Source of the DNA: an uncultured Planctomycetia bacterium
GTDB lineage: Bacteria > Omnitrophota > Gorgyraeia > CAYWPX01
Direction of reading: 5' to 3'
Assembly (NCBI GenBank): GCA_964460615.1
Contig: CAYWPX010000003.1
Location: 155,028-219,027, forward strand
Length of the DNA stretch: 64,000 nucleotides
A program made the position numbers and the translations under genes. The number at the start of each line of letters is the position of its first letter. Within the stretch, counting starts at the first letter, position 1. Under the pieces are notes generated by a model. That model made no database searches. It was not told the DNA's origin and worked only from the letters and a program-made list of their open reading frames with translations. Of this stretch, positions 51,201 to 60,200 are shown piece after piece.

Positions 51201-54200
51201 CGAGCTTTGGGTATCCCCTGAGGCAATTCCTCCCTTATCGATAAGAGCAGTTATCCTCCCCTTGGAGTCGTAATATTTTATGGAATTAACATAAGAAGTT
51301 TCGGCGCCACTTATTTCGCCATCCCCATTTGCGTCATCGCCGATAGTCTCGGTAACCTGCGTATTAAACCCGTATGACGCATCCTTTAGATAACTAAACG
51401 TGGTTACAGTCTTAGCGCTTTTATCAACTATCTTTGTGACGTCTCCCTGAGAGTTTATATATGTAACTTTGTTAGTTTCTGTGATAATGGAGTTTGTGAT
51501 CGAATTAAAATAGTCTCTTTCATACGTATATTTGGTTTCGATAACATCCCCGGGAGTAAATGTGATCTTATATGTCACCCCGCTTATTAATTCTTTGGTA
51601 ATATTCGTAATACCGTAAACTGTCTTTATTTCATTAATGATCGCGTCAAGATCAGCGCCGGTAAAGCCATTATTAAGCTTTACGAGAACCCTTGTTGGTG
51701 CAAATGAATAACCCATCGGATTTTCATCTGTAGTAAGAAGCACATCGGGAGAGGCATCATTGACCTTAGAATACTGCTTAAAGATATTTGCCAATACATC
51801 GCTTGTAGGGAAATTCTGGACCTTTTTCGTTTCCACCAGCGGGTCAACCTTTTCATTGAACTTTCCGGTGCTGTCCGGGACCATTCTTGTAAGGCCGATC
51901 TTGGTATATTCATACTTAGTGAGGACAACATTGTTCTTCATCTCGTATTTTGCTATCAATGCGCCGTTCGGGTCTTTGACATATTTGTAGGTAGTAACAT
52001 CGTCCGCATTAACCTTGCTTTCGTTCTTAATAAGATCGCCATCGCTATTGAAGGTCTGAATATATTTTTCTGTTTCAACAAGGGTAATATCCTTATTTTC
52101 ACTGTCCTTTGTATATGTATATGTAGAGACCTTATTCTTTATATCGGTGACCCTTGTAAGTTTCCCGTCCGGTGCGTATTCATACATGTTATGTATATTA
52201 AGGCCTATTTCGAGTTTCCCGGTTATTTTTCCGCTTGAATTTTTAAAATACTGGTAGGTAATTTCGCTCTGGGGATATCTGGCATCCATTTCAGAGATAA
52301 GCTCCCCAAGCTCATTATATTTCCATATTCTGATACTATTGGTTCCGGGAGCCCCTGGAGTACCATCCATAAGAGTTACCTTGGTCATTGTATAACCTTC
52401 TCCATCAACCAGGTACTCATAATAATAGAAATTGCCGTACTTATCCGTAACCGTTACGGGTTTATTTTCACTATTTCTGTCATAAATAGTCCTGCCGTAT
52501 TTGTCTACCTTTCTGATAATAATTCCCTTATCCTCATCATCTGTTGAATAATAAATGGTGGTACCATCCTGTGCAACGTCATGATCTATATCACCGAATG
52601 CGTTATAAACATAATAATGCATAGTATCCACTCTCGGGGACAGTTTCCAGTTAGAATCAAGATCGAATTTAACAACATCGCCCATCTTAAGCGTAATACT
52701 TGAATTAATATTATTGGTAGCAGTAACAATAACTGTCTTCGGAGTATAGCCCTCCTCAGCTTCTTCAATGCTAAGGCTTACAAAAAAGCTTTCTTTTGTA
52801 ATAGGGTTGTAGAAATTAAGATATTCTGAACCAAGCTTTGTGCCTTTAAGCGTCAGATTGCTAGATGCATCAGCTACAGGTGTAAGGCTGCCATCGGTGA
52901 GTAACGACCAGCTATAAGCGCCTTTTCCCGATGTGATCTCATTTCTTAATTCAACTCTTAGGGTATCATTCTTATTTATTGTAAATACGATTTTGCCGTT
53001 CTCTACATCTTCTCCGTCATATCTTATTACTACGCCTACAGAGTTTACTATTATAGTGTGCGTAACCCCCGCCGCCTCACTATCCTCTACCGTTAGATCG
53101 ATATTGAATAATCCTCTTGTGAGATTATAGTCAGTATCACTGGTATCCACGAGCTGATTAACAAGCTGAAGGTTCGTTGTCCCGAATCTTACCGGCTTAA
53201 AGGTCCAAACACCGTTTCCGGTATTGGCTGTATCGATCGATAATAAGCTGTAATCAATGCCCATGCTCATATCATGCTTGATGGCGGATATTGAGCCCTG
53301 GTACAACGGCCCGGCCAAAAGCGTCCTTGTCTCTACCTGACCGGCTGCATCGACAGTATAAATATACCTGTAACCAAGAGCCCCCATAGAATCAAAGACT
53401 TCTTTAGTCAACCCATTTCTTTCGTCATTGGTGACATAGTAAGTGATCTTACTGCCGTCATAGTACGAGGTACTCAGCCTATTACCATTGACATCATATT
53501 CAGTGACTGTGTCTAAAGATACTTTAGAATTAAAGGTGGTGGATTCACCGTATTTATTTATACCATAGAGGTAAAATATATCCTGGCCATTGCTATCGGT
53601 AATTGACTTTAGCCTGCCCAGTTCGTCAACCTTGAAGCTTACCTTAACCGCATCATACAGCTTGATATTAGGGTTCAAAAAGAACCTTCCGTTTGAGGCG
53701 TTGTAATGATATTCAAACACCATCCCTTTGTAGTTTAGTTTCACTACATAGCCCGATGCCGGTACATTCTTATCGCCTGTTAAATCATATCCATCCAGCG
53801 TTGAATCCGCCCAATTGTAGTTCACTATACCAGCCAGGGTAATTTCTTCCCCGAAATAAAGATCATATTTACCAACACCATAACCGGCAATATTTTCATA
53901 AAGATCTTTTGCTATCGCCTCTATAAGCTTCTTGCCGTTCACAAGAGGCTGGCCGGCCATGATCGGTTTTAACGTAAGAGTTGTGCCGTCATAATCATAT
54001 TCATATGTAATGCCTTTATATTTAAGGACTATCTTATAATCCTCGCCTTCAGGCCTGATCATTGAAACAAATTTTATTTTATTCTTATCGCAGGCGAGGA
54101 ATGTTGACAGATTTGAGATTGCGTTTTTAATAGCTCCTATATTATTCCCGAAGCTAGCGGTATTGTCCATCACCGGATCAAGATATATCTTATTAATAGC

Positions 54201-57200
54201 TCCATCTTTATAGGTATGGAACTCATAATAGTTTCCTTTAGCCTGGAAAACTATCTTATATCCTGAAATACTTTCTACGGTATTATCGCTTGAATAACCG
54301 CCAAGGGTACGATCGGCCCACTGTGCTTTTTCTACGCTTATAAGCTTGAAATCAGCACTGACAAGGTTAAAGATATCAAACTGCGCATCTTTAAGAGCTG
54401 TTCTAGTGACAAGATATGCCTTAGCATCACTGACTAAGGTATACATATCGCTTAGCTCAGGTATTAAATATGCATTTGTAAGATTTGTGTGGAATTCGTA
54501 GGTTTTAGCGCCATAGCTAAGGATTATTTTATAGCCTTCTGTATCGGTCCCTGAAGGCGTAATATCCGTCCTGTATCCGCCGAGTGTCTCATCATCCCAG
54601 ATCATTTTCTGCACAGAAGCTATAGCAACGGCTTTCTTATCATCTGTTGTTGAGCCAATGAAACTCTTGGACACAAGTGCGTTGATAGAACTATATATAA
54701 GAGGTATTGTCACAGCATTAAGGTTAGTGGCACAATAAAGAGTTGTTGCGCCTTTTCTTAAATGGTATTCGGCTACTAACCCGCCAAATGTAAAAAAGAG
54801 TTTATACCCTTTTACATTCTTAGTTGTAGAAAGACCTGTTGGATCAAAGCCGCCCAAAGTATCATCGGCAAATGTATATTCCTGCATCCCTTCAAATTTA
54901 ATTTCTGAAGCACTTGAGATCGGGGCAACTGTCCTAATTTTATTATATAAATCTGTCCTGGCGGAAGCTACATCGTTTGTAAGTACATTTATAATTGCAG
55001 GATCCATATATGTCTTTGAATCAGGATCGGCAAGTACCGAGTTATACATATATAGGAAATTATTGGCTGAGAAGAAGAACCTGTATGCAGTGGTTTCGTT
55101 ATCAAAAGTTCCTTCGGGGTCAGCCTCTTTGGTACGCAATGTCTGTATCTGAGAATTGGTCAGGGCCTTGTTATATATCCTCACTTCATCAATAACGCCG
55201 TCCCATTTACCATAGTTAGCTGACTGCCATATACCGATAGATGTGGTACTAGCAGTTGATGTATAGGCAGGCAATAAACCTGTTTTTAAGGTTGAAGCTA
55301 TGCCGTCAACATAGAGTTGCCCCGTACCCTTATCAGAATCATATGCCAAAGCCACAAAATGCATCTTGCCGTCGTTAATATTCACATCTGAAGTAAAATA
55401 TGTTTCCGTAGTGCCGCCGTTACCTACTCGCGCGCCAACCTTGCCATCATTGCCAACATAGATCATATAATTCTGGGTATAACCACTGCCGCCTTCGCCG
55501 CGAGATACAATAGTCCTGAAGTTTTGCCCCGTAATAGGCCCATCCCATTTAAACCATGACGTGACCGTGAAATTACTTAAAGAAAGATTATTATTATTCC
55601 CAAGGCTTATATAATCACTTGTTCCATTAAAATTATACCCTCTGCCGCTCTGGCCATTTACTAGTACAGGTGAACCATAAATAGTCCCGTTATAGTTATT
55701 ACCTGTCATATCATTGGCATTACCGTCAAATTTGTAAAATGCGGCCATATCTGTATTATTTACGGGAGTACCTTCGAGGATATTCTTAAGTGTAATATCT
55801 TCTTCGGATATGCCAGTCCTTGCTGCAAGGTCTGCAATGCTATTCTTAAATGCATTGACCTTCTGGGTTAAATTTGGTTCCGGATATGCCTCTCCGGTAG
55901 TAATATCTATAATATATGTTATCGGTAGACCTTTATAGCTGAATTTAACCTTTAATCCGGCGGTAGGCGTCAGCATTGTTGTATCATCATCGCTTCTATA
56001 ACCATCAAAGTCATAATCGCTGAATATTTTGCTCTCAACCGAACTTATGCTCATATTATTAACATTAAATGAAAAATCTGAGACAATATCCAGCTTGGCA
56101 TTATTCACTATCTGCCTTACACGATCAGCGGAAATAGTGACATCCTTATCTGTTGTAAGGGCTGTGCTTTTACCATCGGCATCAAAAATGAACGCTGTAC
56201 CGTCAATATTAGTGATTTTCTCGACTTTACCGTTTGCGCCATATTGAATAATTATCCCGCCGCCATTCTGGGTTGAGGATTCTACGGCAGATACGGATTC
56301 TACAAGCCTGTTTATAAGCTCAGGATTTATTGAAAGGATATACTGATACCTGTCACTCGGTATGATAAAGCCAGTCCCCGGTGTACCTTCAAACCCCCAG
56401 AAATTCAGATTGTTGTTATCAAGATAGGTTTCGATCTCAAGTATTGCATTAAGGAAGCCTGTCTGATCCATAAAATCAGCGGTTAAAAGTTTGTTTCTAT
56501 AGTTCTTTACAAAATAAGCAGCTCTGTCAGCAGGTACGTTGCTGGAATTCAACTCAAAGTAATCCAGGTCCTTTGTGGTACCATCCGGATAAGTAACTCT
56601 GATAGTATTTTCATCAATAATTGAATATGTCGTTCCGACTGCATCACCAAAATCATTGATATTGTTTGTTGCTATAGAATCATTATTGACGACATATTTA
56701 TAATTATCGATAGCCCTTAATAGGCACTCTGATATTACATTGCCGTTATTCTGAAGGAGATACCCAAGCCTTGAGCCAGGCATGCTAGTAGCGTCATAAA
56801 GTGACCCTATCGGATCTCCAAACGAATTCAGGTTGAGTGATTTTAGGATATCATTTATTATAGAAATTCCTTTTGAACTATAATTAAAGGTATAAGTCTC
56901 ACCGGTTGTCTCTGTGATCTTTATCACAAGGCCGTCAATATTGAAATCAAGCTTTCTGCCCTTAGAATCATATATGGACAATACATTGCCATTTTCGTCT
57001 CTATTGAGCTGGTTAACTGAAGTTGTACCGCTGGAAACAATAACTTTAATTATCTGTCCGCTCGAATCCTTTATATAAGTATAAACCTTTATACCTGAAC
57101 TTGTCATAATAGTAGAAACCATGCCGTCATTATTATAAGTAGTTACATTACCATCATAATCCTCAGATGAAATAAGTTTTTCACCCTGAATCACTCCTCC

Positions 57201-60200
57201 TTCATAAATATATTCAAATCTTAATTCATATTCACCGTCAGTAACAGTCTTAAATGAGGGCAACCCTGTCTCCGGATCAAACTCGTAACCGTAGAAAACT
57301 CCGTCTTCTTCCGTAATAATTGGATTCATGCCCGTGTCAATGGCATTAAAATTTTCATATGTACTGACAACGCCGCTTGGGCTGATCTTTTTGATCTCAA
57401 GGATGCTTTTTCCTGTGATGTTATTATCGTCATCATAAGCATAATCCCATGTATATCTGACTTCTGAATTATCTGGGTATACTATTCTATTGACAGACCC
57501 GTTAGAGTCGTAGAATTTTTTCATAGTGTCGCTTGTCCCGGCACCTGCTTCACTGATAAATTCACTCATTGGATCCATTGCAAAATCGCTGTAGTTGGTC
57601 CCGAATGTGGCAGGATTATAATTCTTAAAACCGGGCTGCTGGTCTATGAAGCTATTATTAAGATAAAAATCAGGATATGTGGCAAACAACCTTGAATCAA
57701 AAGTCAAGGTAGACGCCCAAAAAACGTTATTCTCAAATACATTAATATCTTCAGGCGCTACTGAAGTTTTAAGCTGGTAATTAACCGCCATTTCCTGCGG
57801 ATTGATTATGATATTATTTCGGATAGTCGGATTGGCCTGAATGATGTTTATAGCCATTTTTGTATTATTGATAGTATTATTTTCTATCAGAGGGTCACTA
57901 GGCTCGTAGGCAGCATCGCTGAAAGATTCCAGCTCAAATCCTCTAGTCATATTATTAATAACATTATCTTTTATAATACCGCCAAATCTGCCCCATCCTT
58001 TTATGGCAGTGCTGTAGAAAAATGAGCTATAATAAGGTATTACTTCACCATAGTAAGTCCCTGAACTAAAATAGTTATTGGTTATTGTAGCTGCTGCATA
58101 ATCAAGAAAGATACCGGCATCTCTAGTATCAAGGAATTTGTTATTATTAATGAGTATGTTATAATCTGTATCCATATATTCAGTATAGGAGCCGCTTATC
58201 CAACCAACGCCTATTGCCCCACCGTTGCCACCTGAACCCATATACCTGAATGTATTATTTTCGATAGTAACATTCCTTGACCTGTCAACCCAAATTCCGT
58301 ACCTTGGGCCATTATTATATATACCTTCGAATGTGATACCGCTTATTACTACGTCATTAGCATGGTCCACCGCGACCATGCTTGTATACCCGCCTATATT
58401 TTTAACGATTTTTGTCTTATCCGCTCCCTGGCCAAGAAGCCTTACTCCCTGTTTTAGTTTAATGCTGCCGGAATAAAAATTAAATGTACCTTCACCGAGC
58501 ATAACCGTATCGCCATAATTTGCAGAGTTAATTGCGGCTTGTATTACCCCTTCGGCGTTAGCGCCGTATGTTGATTTAAAATAAGCCGTGCTCATACTTC
58601 TCGGCGAGCCGTTATTTATAGTATAGGTTATACTGCTATTATTAGTTCCGTAGAAACCCACAACGGTAATAAGCCCGCTTGTTGCATTAAAGGTTGTCCC
58701 TACGACAAGCTCTCCGGTCCATGGATTAATAGGGGCGTCAACATATATGGTATTGCCGACTTCCTGTCCAAGAATATTTTTGTTCTCGTCATCAGTAAGA
58801 AGTACTGCACCGTCTATTTCCTCAGAAGTAAGAATCTCTCCATTAAACTTTTCTTTAAACTCCTCTATTGATTCGGTTACTGATACACCGTTATCGTTAT
58901 AATTTACATTTCCATCGGCAACTGAAACAATAACAACATAGTGATTGCCGTTTATAAAAGCCACTCCTGGCTGCGTAATCTTTACAAGGTCGTTATCAGG
59001 ATCGATTTTATAGGCCTTAAGATCAAATCCTTTTGCATTGGCGTATCTAGCTATACTTTCAAAGGAGATCTTAAGATCAGCATTTGAATCCTTCAGTTCA
59101 GTGGTAACCCCTGTCAGGATATCATAGAGAATAGTTGCTATAGCTATTTTTTCCTTTTCCTGGTCAGGGAAAAAATAATTTAATACATTAGTTGCGCAGT
59201 TAATTATGTTCGTAATCTGATTATTAAGATAAGAAATTATCCCATTAATTCCTGTCTGTGTTAAAAGTACGGGATTGGTCCCGGACAATATATTTCTGAT
59301 ACCGGCATACTGGTCATTAGCCGTATCCATCACGCTTTCAAGAAATGTCCTTATGACATCAATAACCCTTGAAGCCATTTGAGAAACATTGGTTAGCGGC
59401 GTCAGGTTAAGTGAATCAAAATAATTCGAAATCTTCGTAAATACATCGAGTGATTGTTCCTCGTCAAGCTGGGCCTTATTGCTGTACCACTCGCCGTTAA
59501 GCTTTTCAAGCTTTATTTTAAATACAAGCGTCTGGCCGGCCATCGGATGAGTACCGGTAAGCCCGTATGCCCTTTCCGGAGGAATAACAACGGTTACTTC
59601 TTCGCCAAGCCTGAGACCTACTACCGCATCTTCAAATCCTTTAATAACAGATCCGCTGCCGATACTGAAATTTAATAACGTAGAAGAATTTTCATTAGTA
59701 TCAAAAACCTCTCCATTAAGGTAAGAACCTGTATATTTGACGCCTATCGCGTCCCCTAATTTCGCAAAATCAACCTCATTGCCTGATTTAACAACTGTTT
59801 CGCCTACGATCTCTTCATATGTACCATCAGATTTAATGACAAACTTGCCAAGTATATTTCCTTCGCCGTCTTTCTTGTAAGCGTATTCGGTTTTCTTGCC
59901 GGTTTTATCGGTCTCCGAAACTAAAAAACCGTTTGCATCTCTCTCGATTTTTGAGCCATCACTAAATATAACAGTAGTAGATATTGTTGTGCCGGCAGTA
60001 TCTGTGCGTTTTGTAAAGGTAGAGTTCAGATAAACCCTGAATTTCGCAAGATCAATTTCCCTGATGCCATCCCCATTTATATCCTGGCCTGCAACATCAG
60101 AACCGAATTTATTGACAAGAGCCTTTACGAGAGAATCCCAGCCTGCATCCGTTACATAGCTCTTCCACATAGTAGGGTAACTTCCGGTAGTATCCCAAGT

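Larger units (their letters stand above)
42267..52600 (-). repeat. Long YD/RHS-type repeat region. YD repeats also occur near the N-terminus (about 61300-62000) and at 56400-57500, and continue past the TAG to about 41100.
   Basis: Dozens of YxYDxxGN-type units (for example YTYDASGQITRSVE, YEYDNFGNLKYVYD, YHYDYTFDENGNII), with dockerin- or EF-hand-like Ca loops interspersed (DLDNDAVIDAGEDIDQDGTLD, GEDVNGNGVLDAGEDTNSNGQLD). Confidence 0.7.
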
